A stretch of 64,000 nt of DNA, from the NCBI GenBank assembly GCA_018608435.1, contig JABAZV010000006.1, forward strand, positions 31,692-95,691. The letters run 5' to 3'. Positions 47,590 through 57,530 of this stretch are shown here, one piece after another. Within the stretch, counting starts at the first letter, position 1; each line of letters starts with the position of its first letter. The DNA is from Patescibacteria group bacterium (GTDB lineage: Bacteria > Patescibacteriota > Minisyncoccia > Phycocordibacterales > UBA918). Made by a program: the position numbers and the translations under genes. Under the pieces are notes generated by a model. That model saw only the letters and a list, made by a program, of their open reading frames with translations. It was not told the origin of the DNA and searched no databases.

Positions 47590-49161
47590 ATGAATAAAGA
47601 ACTAAAAGAATACGTTGAAAGTGAAATTGCTCGTGGTGTTGGCAAGCAAGAAATTAGAGACACATTACTACAACAAGGGGGTTGGACCGAAGAGGATTTT
47701 GGCGATCTGTTTGAAGATCTTGTTGTTACTGGTGAAATCAAAACAGGATTTGGTGAAGGTGATCAAATAATTACTGAAAATAAAGACGTTTATAATCCAC
47801 AGCAAGTAGCAGAATCCAAATTCAAGCCTTATCTTTTAGGTGCAATAGTTGCCGTACTACTTTTCGCTCTAGCTGGCGGAGTCTTTTTTGTCAAGCAACA
47901 GAAAAATTCGTCCGGTTTAATGGAAAATGGTTCTCCAGAATACATGGAAAACAAGAAGGGGATTGATGCTCTGAATGAAGAATGGAGTAAACTTGAAGCT
48001 GAACTTAGAGCAGATGGTAAATCTGATGAGGAGATAAAGCTTTACAAATCCGATTATTTTGAATTTATTGCAACTGCTTTGCTTTTAGACATTAAACTGA
48101 ATACAGCACTGACAGATTCTGAGAAGGATAATTTGCTAGGTCATGTTGAAGAAATAGTTGATGCCGATGTTATTACTAAGCCTGACAGAGGTTGTAAATA
48201 TTCTGAAGAGATATTACCAGTGGAAGATTTTTTTGAGGGAGCGGTTATCAAATTCTCAAACCCAATGCTTTATATCACTGATCCTGACGATCAAGAAAAA
48301 TGCTCACCTATAATGAAGCAGAAAGACTATGAGTTATATTCTGCTGATTCTTGGAACAGTATTATATTTGACAAGTCTGAAATCAAAGAGCTTCCCATAG
48401 ATGAAGGTACTACTTTTACAGTTGAAGGTAAGATCTTGCTTGAGCTAGGTGGTCTATTTGATGACGAGACAGTGCGTTATGTACTTCGCGACAGTAAGGG
48501 CAATCTTTCCGTGCCATCTTTCTTTATCTTTGATATGGCTAGGTCAGACGACAAGTCTAGTTCTTATTTGTACAAAGACGACGAACAGGTTGGTCATTTG
48601 GTGCAAGATATTCGCGGTAGCGTTGTATGGCTTGAAGAAAATGGTGTTCCTGAGGAGGTGGTTGAATCGTATGATCTTCAACGACCTTCAAGTTTTGAAA
48701 GTCCGCTACTTAAAAGAGGGGAATTTTTGCGCAGATTAATGTTTGCTGTTCAAGAAGATAAGTTAATCAACTATTCACAGAAAGAATTAATCGACGCTGG
48801 ATTAACAGAAAATATTTACGAAATACAAGGCAGTAAGATAGTGAATGATTACGGAGGTGCTGTAGAAGTAACGAATGACGGCACGCACGTTGCTGTAGCT
48901 TTTAGCGGCGTCCCTCGTGGCGACGATTGTTACAAATTTTACTTTATGAACGATCCTGACATATATGGTTTTAATGAAACATACATTGATGGTACTCTCA
49001 AAGAATACATTGAAAGAAGCTCACAAGGCACAAGCGCTTTTAAAGAAAAGGTTTGTTTTACTGAAAAAGATGTGCATGAAATAACTTTTAAAGGATCTGT
49101 TAGTGAAATAATTTCGCAAGCACAGTCTATTCAGCGCAGAGAAAGTAATCCTTATAGATAA
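47590..49161 (+). CDS. Hypothetical single-pass membrane protein (523 aa) immediately upstream of the ABC transporter genes
   Basis: This is a complete ORF. One TM helix (PYLLGAIVAVLLFALAGGVFFV) lies about 90 aa in. It has a large extracytoplasmic C-terminal region. I recognise no domain. Confidence 0.65.
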   Translation: MNKELKEYVESEIARGVGKQEIRDTLLQQGGWTEEDFGDLFEDLVVTGEIKTGFGEGDQIITENKDVYNPQQVAESKFKPYLLGAIVAVLLFALAGGVFFVKQQKNSSGLMENGSPEYMENKKGIDALNEEWSKLEAELRADGKSDEEIKLYKSDYFEFIATALLLDIKLNTALTDSEKDNLLGHVEEIVDADVITKPDRGCKYSEEILPVEDFFEGAVIKFSNPMLYITDPDDQEKCSPIMKQKDYELYSADSWNSIIFDKSEIKELPIDEGTTFTVEGKILLELGGLFDDETVRYVLRDSKGNLSVPSFFIFDMARSDDKSSSYLYKDDEQVGHLVQDIRGSVVWLEENGVPEEVVESYDLQRPSSFESPLLKRGEFLRRLMFAVQEDKLINYSQKELIDAGLTENIYEIQGSKIVNDYGGAVEVTNDGTHVAVAFSGVPRGDDCYKFYFMNDPDIYGFNETYIDGTLKEYIERSSQGTSAFKEKVCFTEKDVHEITFKGSVSEIISQAQSIQRRESNPYR

Positions 49162-49287
49162 TTGAGTGTTATTCAGATATTTTGTTATGTAAAGAATAAC
49201 AGCATTAACGGTTGTGCTTTCAACACCACTCATTGCCTGTGAATTCAGCCGCTCTTTCTTTCAATAAAAATGTAATAATGTAAGCAA

Positions 49288-50613
49288 ATGGCAAAGCCAC
49301 TAATTGTTGCGCGTGATCTTTCGATTATCTATAACCAAGGAAAATCGAATGAGTTTAAAGCCTTGTCGGATGTTAATACCGATATTTTTGAAGGTGAGTA
49401 CATCATTCTTTTTGGTCCGTCTGGATGTGGAAAATCTACCCTTATGTATTCCATTCAAGGATCTCTTCCGCCTGGAGAGGGAACACTGCTTGTAAAAGGC
49501 GATGACGTATATTCATACCCGCCAGCCGAGCGTGTTTACTTTCAGCGCCATGTGATGGGAATTATCTTCCAGCAGTTCAACCTCATTATGTCTTTGTCTG
49601 TTTTGGACAACGTCGCCTTGCCGCAAATTTTCTGTAATGGTGATAAGCAAAAACGTGAGCGTAGGGCGCAATCACTACTCGATCGCTTTGGAGTAGGGCA
49701 TGTTTCGCACAAGCTACCGGCCATGCTTTCTGGTGGTCAGCAGCAGCGTGTGTCAGTGTCCCGCTCTATGGTAAATGATCCTAAAATTCTTTTGGCCGAT
49801 GAACCTACTGGAAACCTTGACTCTGTTTCCACTCAACAAGTAATGGACAAGATCGACGAAATTAACACCTTCGACCGTCGTACTATTATTATGGTGTCCC
49901 ACAATGCGGCCCATCTTTCTTACGCTCACCGAGTATACTATCTGAAGGATGGTTATGTTCTGCGCGAAGTTGTTAATCCGCAGAGAAAGCAGATTAAGCC
50001 CGTGCGAGAAGGAGAAACGATCGTTACTGAACTTGAGCAGCTTGCTAGGCTTTATCCATACGACTCGGTGGAGACGTGGCGTGTAAAGAGTATGGTTAAC
50101 TACCTTACCCAGGATTATACCTTCAATCAAATTAATCGTATTGAACGCGCCATTAGTCTTTTCCTCCAAGGTAAGGTTGATCGACATGCTATGGTTAAAG
50201 CGCTTGTGTTGCCTTACGAGCGTGGCGGAGCAGAAGTGAAGGAAAAAGAAGCTAGACGTATGGCCAGTGTCTCTGCCAGAATGGTCGATCATTCGACAGA
50301 CATTAAGCGTTTTCGTGCACGAAAAGATAATGACAACATTTTCTTCACTCAACACAAGCTGGCTGAACGAATGTCTGATCATTTGTCACACGAATACCGC
50401 ATCAAACTATCCAAAGATCAACGCGAAAACATGACAGAAATGATTGCTGACCGTGTGACCGGAGTAGCAACTGATGTGGAGATGAATATTCGTCTTATGC
50501 GTGGCATTCGTACTGGTGGACTTGGTTTATCAGAAAGCGAAGCTGACAATATCACACGGCACTTTGAAAAAATCATCGCTCAGGGAGTAGATGTTAGTTA
50601 CAAGAAAGAGTAG
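49288..50613 (+). CDS. ABC transporter ATP-binding protein, MacB/LolD/FtsE-like, with an ~200-aa C-terminal extension of unknown function
   Basis: Walker A is GPSGCGKST. The signature is LSGGQQQRVSVSRSM. Walker B is ILLADEPTGNLD. The H-loop is MVSHN. The extension after about residue 230 has no motif I recognise. Confidence 0.9.
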   Translation: MAKPLIVARDLSIIYNQGKSNEFKALSDVNTDIFEGEYIILFGPSGCGKSTLMYSIQGSLPPGEGTLLVKGDDVYSYPPAERVYFQRHVMGIIFQQFNLIMSLSVLDNVALPQIFCNGDKQKRERRAQSLLDRFGVGHVSHKLPAMLSGGQQQRVSVSRSMVNDPKILLADEPTGNLDSVSTQQVMDKIDEINTFDRRTIIMVSHNAAHLSYAHRVYYLKDGYVLREVVNPQRKQIKPVREGETIVTELEQLARLYPYDSVETWRVKSMVNYLTQDYTFNQINRIERAISLFLQGKVDRHAMVKALVLPYERGGAEVKEKEARRMASVSARMVDHSTDIKRFRARKDNDNIFFTQHKLAERMSDHLSHEYRIKLSKDQRENMTEMIADRVTGVATDVEMNIRLMRGIRTGGLGLSESEADNITRHFEKIIAQGVDVSYKKE

Positions 50614-50762
50614 CGCAAAATCTAGATCTTATTTGTCAGTTATTGTTTAAAGCAAAGCGTTCCTTTTGAGACCGTGGGCGTTCATTATCGACCTTTTTTA
50701 ATTATCCCTACCTCAGCCAAGTTAGGCGTAATTTTCTGCTTCAATCAGGTATAATCAACTAA

Positions 50763-51977
50763 ATGCGCATACAAGATCTTGCACAACTTTCGACTAGAAT
50801 GTTTAAAACCAACCCGCTTCGTACGTGGTTGACAATTTTAGGTATGGGTGTTGGAACTGGTGCGGTTGTAATCTTGGTGGGTCTCGGTTTTGGTCTGCAG
50901 CAGATCATCCTCGAGCAGATTGTATTCGGTGAAACATTGCTATCTCTTGGCGTTTCTTCTACTGGAGCGCAAGGCTTGCGACTTACTCCAGAAACAGTCA
51001 CAGATTTTGAGGAGAATCCGGCTGTGCTAGACGCCGCTCCCTTGGCCCGTTTTCCCGCGCTAGTAACATACAAAGGTCTGACGGGTAACGTTTTCGTACA
51101 AGGGGTAGAGCCGCCCTATTTACGCTACGCTGGTGTAACGACTTTGGCTGGAGAAGTTTTTACAGATGAAGACGCTGGTGACACAACCTCAATTATTCTT
51201 TCGCCAGCAACACTAAAATTATTTGGTATTCCCGACGAAGAAATGGAAGCTTTTATTGGCGAAAAAGTTTCTATTCGTCTTTTAGTGCCAGCTGAAGACG
51301 GTACAGACAATGTTAACGAAATCATCATTGATAAAGAATACGTCGTACGTGGTGTAAATAAAGAGGCTGGTGTTCTAAACGCCATGATGATGCTTCCAGA
51401 GCTCCGTAATTACGTTGGTATTGAAGAATACGAGCGTATACAAGTCCGTGTAGACACCAACGAAAACCTACCAATAATAGAAAACATGTTGATTGAAGAA
51501 GGGTATCGGGTAACCGCTTTGTCTAAAACTGTAGAGCAAGCCTCAAAAATCTTCCAAGGTATTCAAGCAGTGCTCGCTACTTTTGGTGGAATTGCGCTTA
51601 TTGTGTCGGCAATCGGAATGTTTAACACTATGACAGTTACGCTTTTGGAGCGAACCAAAGAGATTGGTATTATGCGCACAATCGGAGCTTCTCCAAACGA
51701 TGTTAAATACCTCTTCGTTTCTGAATCAATCGTGGTAGGTTTCTTGGGTGGCATTACAGGAATTCTGATGGGGGTAATTTTGGGTGGAGCAGTTAATCTG
51801 TTTTTGAATATACTTGCTGGCCAGTTTGGAGGACAGGCTGTGAAGCTGTTTGCTTTTCCTCTCGACTTCCTAACATTTATTGCTGTATTCTCTGCTGGGG
51901 TTGGATACCTTACGGGTATTTTCCCGGCTCGACGCGCCTCAACTTTAAACCCGCTCGACGCTATTCGTTACGAGTAG
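50763..51977 (+). CDS. ABC transporter permease, FtsX/MacB family (MacB-like periplasmic domain plus FtsX TM bundle)
   Basis: There is an N-terminal TM, a large extracytoplasmic domain and three C-terminal TM helices with the FtsX-type motif LLERTKEIGIMRTIGASPNDV. Confidence 0.85.
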   Translation: MRIQDLAQLSTRMFKTNPLRTWLTILGMGVGTGAVVILVGLGFGLQQIILEQIVFGETLLSLGVSSTGAQGLRLTPETVTDFEENPAVLDAAPLARFPALVTYKGLTGNVFVQGVEPPYLRYAGVTTLAGEVFTDEDAGDTTSIILSPATLKLFGIPDEEMEAFIGEKVSIRLLVPAEDGTDNVNEIIIDKEYVVRGVNKEAGVLNAMMMLPELRNYVGIEEYERIQVRVDTNENLPIIENMLIEEGYRVTALSKTVEQASKIFQGIQAVLATFGGIALIVSAIGMFNTMTVTLLERTKEIGIMRTIGASPNDVKYLFVSESIVVGFLGGITGILMGVILGGAVNLFLNILAGQFGGQAVKLFAFPLDFLTFIAVFSAGVGYLTGIFPARRASTLNPLDAIRYE

Positions 51978-52165
51978 TTCTGTGTGGCAAACTATTATTG
52001 CTTTTAATGATTTCCTTAGTTCACGGGCAAAATGTGTTTATACCCCTCGACAAATAGTTTATTTAGTGTATTGTGTAGTCTCAAATCGGGTATTGTTGTA
52101 AGCAGAAGCGAAGTGTTTATACAGTCTCAGTATGGTTTGAGATTTATAACTTTTCAAAAAACAAT

Positions 52166-52378
52166 ATGCAAACAGGAACTATTGCTCGTTTAAATAACGG
52201 CTACGGATTTATTACTCGCGAAGAAGGAGAGAAAGATCTTTTCTTCCACGCTAACGGACTTGTAGGAGTTGCGTTTGACGACTTGCGAGAAAATGACAAA
52301 GTACAGTTTGAAGTAGGTGAAGGTCCAAAAGGCCCTAACGCTGTAAACGTTGCTTTGGTTGAAGAAGCTGCTGCTTAA
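52166..52378 (+). CDS. cspA: Cold-shock protein, CspA family
   Basis: MQTGTIARLNNGYGFITREEGEKDLFFHANGL...FEVGEGPKGPNAVNV matches the CSD motifs RNP1 (GYGFI) and RNP2 (LFFHA). The protein is 70 aa. Confidence 0.9.
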   Translation: MQTGTIARLNNGYGFITREEGEKDLFFHANGLVGVAFDDLRENDKVQFEVGEGPKGPNAVNVALVEEAAA

Positions 52379-52390
52379 TAAGCAAATTCT

Positions 52391-52416
52391 AAAAAAGCGC
52401 CTTACGGCGCTTTTTT
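52391..52416 (+). terminator. Rho-independent terminator (GCGCC-TTAC-GGCGC plus T6)
   Basis: aaaaaagcgccttacggcgcttttttg lies 12 nt after the csp stop. Confidence 0.8.
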
Positions 52417-52593
52417 GTATATCTGTTTACAAAATTAATGATTGCTTCAGCAGTATTGATTTTTCAAATGAAGCTGGTGTATTTTGAAATTTTGAAATAT
52501 TAGAACCATCAGTTTGTATTAATTATTACAGAGCCACTTTCTTTCTGAAGCTCTGTTCTCGAAATTTAATTTTATTTCTATAACATTTGAAAT

Positions 52594-52926
52594 ATGAAAA
52601 AACGTGAAGAAAATAATCATCTTGCAATGTTGGCTGTACCAATTGTATTGTCGATGCTGATTAATGTGTCAGGATTTTCAATGAACGGGTCAGCAATTCG
52701 GTCTAATGAACAAAATGCTCAGTCTCATAAGAGTGCAAGTGCTGACAATTCCACAGCAGAAAAGGATAGTAATAGCCAACGTATTGCAGCAATGCAAACA
52801 GCGGTAGACTCGGTTGATTACACAGCTTTTCTAAATTCAATGCAAAACACACCATTAGCTGACGTCATGACAGAAACAGCCTTCAACGAAGTGGTTAAGC
52901 GTTATCAAGCGTATTTGCTTGTTTAA
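52594..52926 (+). CDS. Small secreted hypothetical protein (110 aa)
   Basis: It has an N-terminal hydrophobic segment. I recognise no domain. Confidence 0.45.
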   Translation: MKKREENNHLAMLAVPIVLSMLINVSGFSMNGSAIRSNEQNAQSHKSASADNSTAEKDSNSQRIAAMQTAVDSVDYTAFLNSMQNTPLADVMTETAFNEVVKRYQAYLLV

Positions 52927-53042
52927 ATAGATGTTCTTGCTGCAACTGTGAAGCACATAAAACATTAAACATTTTTGTTCTAAGATAATTTTAAAGTATT
53001 TTGCTTATTGATTGTGTTATTATTCATTTCAATTAATAAGCA

Positions 53043-53113
53043 GGGCCTATAGTATAACGGTAGAACATATCCATGGCATGGATAGGGTCCGGGTTCGATT
53101 CCCGGTAGGTCCA
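53043..53113 (+). tRNA. tRNA-Ala (anticodon GGC), CCA not encoded
   Basis: I folded it by hand. The acceptor is GGGCCTA/TAGGTCC with a G3:U70 wobble, the Ala identity element. The D-arm is GTAT-AACGGTA-GAAC with one mismatch. The anticodon stem is TATCC/GGATA with loop ATGGCAT, anticodon GGC. The T-arm is CCGGG-TTCGATT-CCCGG. The discriminator is A. Confidence 0.7.
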
Positions 53114-53299
53114 CAACTTAAGCCACCACTCTATTGAGCAGTGTCTTTTGTTTCTAGAGATGAGTCTAAATCAAATTATGCTAAGAAACGAAAGATTATA
53201 AAATTACGATTTATCCCAGTTGAGGTCTGTACAATCGACAAATAATACTGTATATTCCTGCTTAGTTTGTACATTCTGTAAAGACAAAAGGAGAGAGTA

Positions 53300-53638
53300 G
53301 TGAGATTCATTATAATAAACGGTACCAAGGTCAGAGATGGTGACTTGGTCGAGATGCAGGTGACAGTACCTGTGTTTTTTGGTCAAGGATCTAGAGTTAT
53401 TAAAGTCACCTCGGCCTTCTTGGGTGTTGGCGAAGGAAACAGTGAAGAAGTAAATTTGTTTTTTGTCGACAAAGCAAGAGATTGTCTTTATATTAGTTTT
53501 TTCATCAGTCAGATAAAAAGTATTCAGGTGGTCGAAGAAGCGAAAGACGCCGTTCTCCGGAATACAGGTGGAGATTTTGGTCATGGTTCCGCGGTTTGTT
53601 ATGAGAGCGAAGGTTACTTTGTTAATTGTGGCTATTAG
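53300..53638 (+). CDS. Hypothetical protein (112 aa); an alternative overlapping ORF exists on the minus strand
   Basis: It starts with GTG, with an AAAGGAGAG RBS 5 nt upstream. The competing ORF 53204..53584 (-) has no such RBS. I recognise no domain in either. Confidence 0.35.
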   Translation: MRFIIINGTKVRDGDLVEMQVTVPVFFGQGSRVIKVTSAFLGVGEGNSEEVNLFFVDKARDCLYISFFISQIKSIQVVEEAKDAVLRNTGGDFGHGSAVCYESEGYFVNCGY

Positions 53639-53870
53639 CTGCGTATGATGGGACTGTGTCTGTTTTTCTTCCGAGTAAAAATATTTCTAAGACACTAAGT
53701 CTGTCACAAGTTTATTCTTGTATAGAATAGATCACTCATGAATGATGATATGATTTAACTTTCGCGCAGCTTGCTGCGCGTTTTTTTTGATCAATAAAAC
53801 TTCAGTTATAAAATATTGACAAGTAGTACAAATAATGTATAATTTGTTTAGTTTAAACGGAGGTACATTT

Positions 53871-54182
53871 ATGTACAAGTTTGTTTTATTGGTCAGAGTT
53901 CTTAAAAATTTTGCCTATTTCAATTTGGCAAAAGCCGATTTCAAATATCCTGAGGAATTTAAGATCGTTAAAACGTTTTCTTCTGAAGACCATCCAGACA
54001 CAGTTGTTGAGACTGTCAGTGAAAAGATGGAGAATTACGATAAAAATCTCATGTGTCTTTTGTTACAATCAGCACCAGAGCCAGTTGATTGTACATATGA
54101 AGACGCTAGCCTTTCGAGAGATTTAATGAAATCTATCGAAACGGCTGTGGCGAGGCGTCGAAAGCAGCATAAGGCTACTTAA
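53871..54182 (+). CDS. Small hypothetical secreted protein (start trimmed to the ATG at 53871, which has a GGAGG RBS)
   Basis: ACGGAGGTACATTTATG gives a good RBS. The N-terminus MYKFVLLVRVLKNFAYFNLAKA is hydrophobic. Confidence 0.4.
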   Translation: MYKFVLLVRVLKNFAYFNLAKADFKYPEEFKIVKTFSSEDHPDTVVETVSEKMENYDKNLMCLLLQSAPEPVDCTYEDASLSRDLMKSIETAVARRRKQHKAT

Positions 54183-54188
54183 GCAAAC

Positions 54189-54230
54189 AGACCTACGACA
54201 ATTCAATTGTCGTAGGTCTGATTTTATTTT
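54189..54230. terminator. Bidirectional terminator: perfect 16-bp palindrome CAGACCTACGACAATT|AATTGTCGTAGGTCTG flanked by A- and T-runs, between convergent genes
   Basis: I read this in the sequence. It lies between the stop of the + ORF (54182) and the stop of the minus-strand RND gene (54261). Confidence 0.75.
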
Positions 54231-54260
54231 CTTATTTATCCTCTTGTCTTCTGCTCAGTT

Positions 54261-57200
54261 TTATTTTTCAATTTTGCCGGGATTACGAACGTACAAGATA
54301 GGAATAAGGAGCAGGGTAATGATGACAGAGAAAACTAAGCCAAACATAACTGCATAGGCAAGTGGCGCCCACAGATCGCCAGCGTAAGCTAGCGGTAGCA
54401 TTCCGAACACGGTTGTGATGGTGGTAAGCAGAATCGGACGAATACGATTTCCAGCTGCTTCAAGCACGATTCCTTCGATGCTTTGCTGTGGGTTTTTAAG
54501 ACGCAAGTTATTCATCATGTCGATGAGCAAAATGGAGTTGTTTACCACGATTCCAGAAAGAGCAATAAAGCCCATGATGGAAGGGAAGGAGAGTGGATTA
54601 GAAGTAACTGCGAGACCTAGCATGATACCAATCAAAGAATACGGCAAGATCGACAAGACATAACGCATATGCAGATAAGAGTTGAATTGCAGAACCAAGA
54701 TTCCAACCATGAGTAGAATTCCAACTACAAGTGCTAGTCCCATTTCAATGAAGGCTTTGTTTGATTCGTCAGTTTCTCCACCACCAGTGCTAAGTTCGAC
54801 ACTGTCTGACATGCTTAGCTCGGCGTTAATTCTTTCTATGGCAAGAGCTTGTAGCTCTCGTGCGTTGGCGCCGTTTGTTATGTCGGCAGTGATGGTTACA
54901 ACCCGTTTTCCTTCTTCGTGATAAATAACAGAGCTTGATTCACGCAGTTTTACTGTCACCAAGTTTGAGAGGGCAATAGAGCCGTCTCTGGTTGGAATAC
55001 TGATGTTTTCCAATGCATCAATCGTAGTAACGTTGGCAGTTTCGTTGGTGACGCTGTCAGAGTTGTTTACGTTTAGTCTTACTATCACTGGAATATCTTC
55101 GTCGAGAGTAGTGAGAGAAGTGGCTTCGCTACCAAACACAGCAGCCCGAGCAAGTTGTGAAATAGTGAAAGGATTCAATCCGAGTGCTGTTGCTTTGTCG
55201 CGATCAAGCTCGAGGACAAACTCAGTGCTGTTGTTGTTTGTACTAGTTTCAACGTTAATAGCATCAGGCAAAGAGCGGAAGATGCGTGCTGATTCGTTGG
55301 CAAGACGAGTGAGTTCGTCTAGATCGTCTCCCAAGAATTTTACGATTATCGCGGCACCAGTTGGCGGCCCGTCGCTTGGTTGGCTGACTGTGACCTTTAA
55401 GTCAGTCAGTGGCTGAAATCTTTCGCGCAAGCTGTCGACGACTTCGCCTGAAGTGCTGTCTCGATCAAGTGAAAGATTAACAAACACATTGGCAAACTTT
55501 TCTCCCGAACCACCTGATCCAAAGTCGCTTCCGCTACCTACAGTGACAGCAAACGAATCAATGTCTGATTCTTCGTAGAGAAAATCTTCTACGCGGCGAA
55601 TGGCGATGTCTGTTACTTCTTTAGTTGTGCCTTCTGGCTTTTCCAGTTCGACAATGATGAAGTCTACATCGCTTTGCTCAAAGAATGTTACAGCAACAGG
55701 ACTGTAAACAGGGAAGATTATACCAACAATAAAGAAACAAATTCCAATCGTTAAAATAAAGCTAACTGCAACCGAAAGACGTTTGGCAAATGCGGTCCAA
55801 AAGCCAGTTGCTTTCCATTTAGAAAATAGCAGCGACAGTTGGTATACCAGAGGAGCTGCAACTAATCCGGCAAAGACATTTACCGTAAGAGAAATTGCTA
55901 GTACAAGAGCGGCTGCCAAGAAGGCGAGGAAAACGTTTTGTTTTCGCTCGCTTGTCATGTATGGAGTAAGCCTGGCTCGATACCATGTTTCTAGCTTGTG
56001 AGCGAAAGCAACTTGTCTTTCTTCAAGCTTGGAAGTTGATTTCCGTCTTAAGAACACCGATGCGATCAAAGGAATGATAGCGAGTGAGACAAACAAAGAC
56101 GCAAACAAAAGGAAGATGAGCGTAAAAGGAATAGAAGCAATGAATTGTCCGATTACTCCAGATACGATAAACAGCCCAGCAAACATTGACACAGTTGTAA
56201 GTGTTCCAGAGATAAGCGGGGCAGAGAACTCATGAATCGCTTCAATTGCTGCTTGCTTCTTGTCGATATTTACATCATCTTTCATTTTGCGGTTGATGCC
56301 TTCAACCATCACGATGGCAGAGTCCACCAAAATTCCGATTCCCAGAATAAGAGAGAAAAGACTGAGGAAGTTGATCGTGTTGCCGGAAAAATATAGACCA
56401 ATAAAACCGAACAAAAAGGAAAGAGGAATAGCCGCACCAGCTAAAAGACCTTCGCGCCAACCAATTGCAACGATAAGCAAAAGTACCACAAGTATGATTG
56501 TTTGTAGTCCAGAAGAAGAAAGTCGCACAAGATCCTTTTTAATTTGGTCGCCAGAGTCGAGTACGATTGCGGTTGTTATGCCGTCGAGCATTGCTCCTTT
56601 TTCGCTTAGTTCTGTTATTTTACTATTAACAGCCGAAGTAATGCGAGTGATGTCTCCTCCAGATTGCTTGTAGACATTTAGCGTGATGGAGTTTTGAGAA
56701 GGTTTTCCTTCGACACTAAGCCGTGATAAAGACGCTCCTGTAGCAAGTCCGTCTTCTACGATTGCGATATCACGGATGAAAACTGGCTGACCGCCGCGGG
56801 CAGCAATACTTACATTCGCGATTTCGCTAGAGTCTGTAATGTCTCCTTCAAATGCTACGTTATAAGAAATTCCATCGTTTATGATTTGTCCAATTGGAAA
56901 AGTGAGGTTGGCGTTAGAGAGTCCATTTATCACTTCATTTAAAGTCATGTCGTAGCGAGCAAGTGCTGTTTGGTCAACGATGATTGCAACTTCACGGTCG
57001 CGCACGCCAGAGAATTCAGCTCGCGATACGCCAGCAATGGTTTCAATTTCGCGCTCAACTTCATCTGCCAAAGCTGAGAATTCAAAGTCTGAAAGATTAG
57101 CTGACAGGCCAATGGTGATAATTGGCTGATCAACAAAGTTTACTTCAGAAACAGAAGCATCAGCCGCGTCAGCTGGGAGTTCGCGCTCAATTACGTCGAC

Positions 57201-57527
57201 GCTGTCTTTGAGGTCTTGGATTGAATCATCCAGATTAGCATCAGCTTCGAATTCTACGACTATACTTGAAAAACCTTCGCGCGAAGTAGAAGTAATTTTT
57301 TTAACGTTTTCTAAGCTTGTCAGACCACGTTCTATTTCATTTGTGATGAGAGATTCGACGTCGGCTGCAAGAGCGCCCGGATAAGCGACCGAAACTACAC
57401 CTACCGGAATAATAACTTCAGGTGAAGATTCGCGAGGAATACTAAGAATACTGTAAACACCTACTCCCAAAAGAGCGAGTAGAAACAGGTAGGCAAACTT
57501 GTTGTTTTTTATAAAGAAATCCCACAT
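54261..57527 (-). CDS. RND family efflux transporter permease (AcrB/HAE1-like, 12 TM, two large extracytoplasmic loops)
   Basis: The protein is 1088 aa. The N-terminus MWDFFIKNNKFAYLFLLALLGVGVYSILSIPRESSPEVIIPVGVVSVAYPGALAADVE parallels AcrB. The topology is the typical duplicated one. Confidence 0.9.
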   Translation of the reverse strand: MWDFFIKNNKFAYLFLLALLGVGVYSILSIPRESSPEVIIPVGVVSVAYPGALAADVESLITNEIERGLTSLENVKKITSTSREGFSSIVVEFEADANLDDSIQDLKDSVDVIERELPADAADASVSEVNFVDQPIITIGLSANLSDFEFSALADEVEREIETIAGVSRAEFSGVRDREVAIIVDQTALARYDMTLNEVINGLSNANLTFPIGQIINDGISYNVAFEGDITDSSEIANVSIAARGGQPVFIRDIAIVEDGLATGASLSRLSVEGKPSQNSITLNVYKQSGGDITRITSAVNSKITELSEKGAMLDGITTAIVLDSGDQIKKDLVRLSSSGLQTIILVVLLLIVAIGWREGLLAGAAIPLSFLFGFIGLYFSGNTINFLSLFSLILGIGILVDSAIVMVEGINRKMKDDVNIDKKQAAIEAIHEFSAPLISGTLTTVSMFAGLFIVSGVIGQFIASIPFTLIFLLFASLFVSLAIIPLIASVFLRRKSTSKLEERQVAFAHKLETWYRARLTPYMTSERKQNVFLAFLAAALVLAISLTVNVFAGLVAAPLVYQLSLLFSKWKATGFWTAFAKRLSVAVSFILTIGICFFIVGIIFPVYSPVAVTFFEQSDVDFIIVELEKPEGTTKEVTDIAIRRVEDFLYEESDIDSFAVTVGSGSDFGSGGSGEKFANVFVNLSLDRDSTSGEVVDSLRERFQPLTDLKVTVSQPSDGPPTGAAIIVKFLGDDLDELTRLANESARIFRSLPDAINVETSTNNNSTEFVLELDRDKATALGLNPFTISQLARAAVFGSEATSLTTLDEDIPVIVRLNVNNSDSVTNETANVTTIDALENISIPTRDGSIALSNLVTVKLRESSSVIYHEEGKRVVTITADITNGANARELQALAIERINAELSMSDSVELSTGGGETDESNKAFIEMGLALVVGILLMVGILVLQFNSYLHMRYVLSILPYSLIGIMLGLAVTSNPLSFPSIMGFIALSGIVVNNSILLIDMMNNLRLKNPQQSIEGIVLEAAGNRIRPILLTTITTVFGMLPLAYAGDLWAPLAYAVMFGLVFSVIITLLLIPILYVRNPGKIEK

Positions 57528-57530
57528 AGA

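Noticed and set aside
49753-50382. A 209-aa minus-strand ORF inside the ABC ATPase gene
   Set aside because: The plus-strand frame carries complete Walker A, signature and Walker B motifs. The antisense ORF has no supporting features.
53204-53584. A minus-strand 126-aa ORF overlapping the plus ORF 53300..53638
   Set aside because: The two cannot both be real. The plus ORF has an AAAGGAGAG RBS 5 nt from its GTG. I recognise no domain in either, and both may be non-coding.
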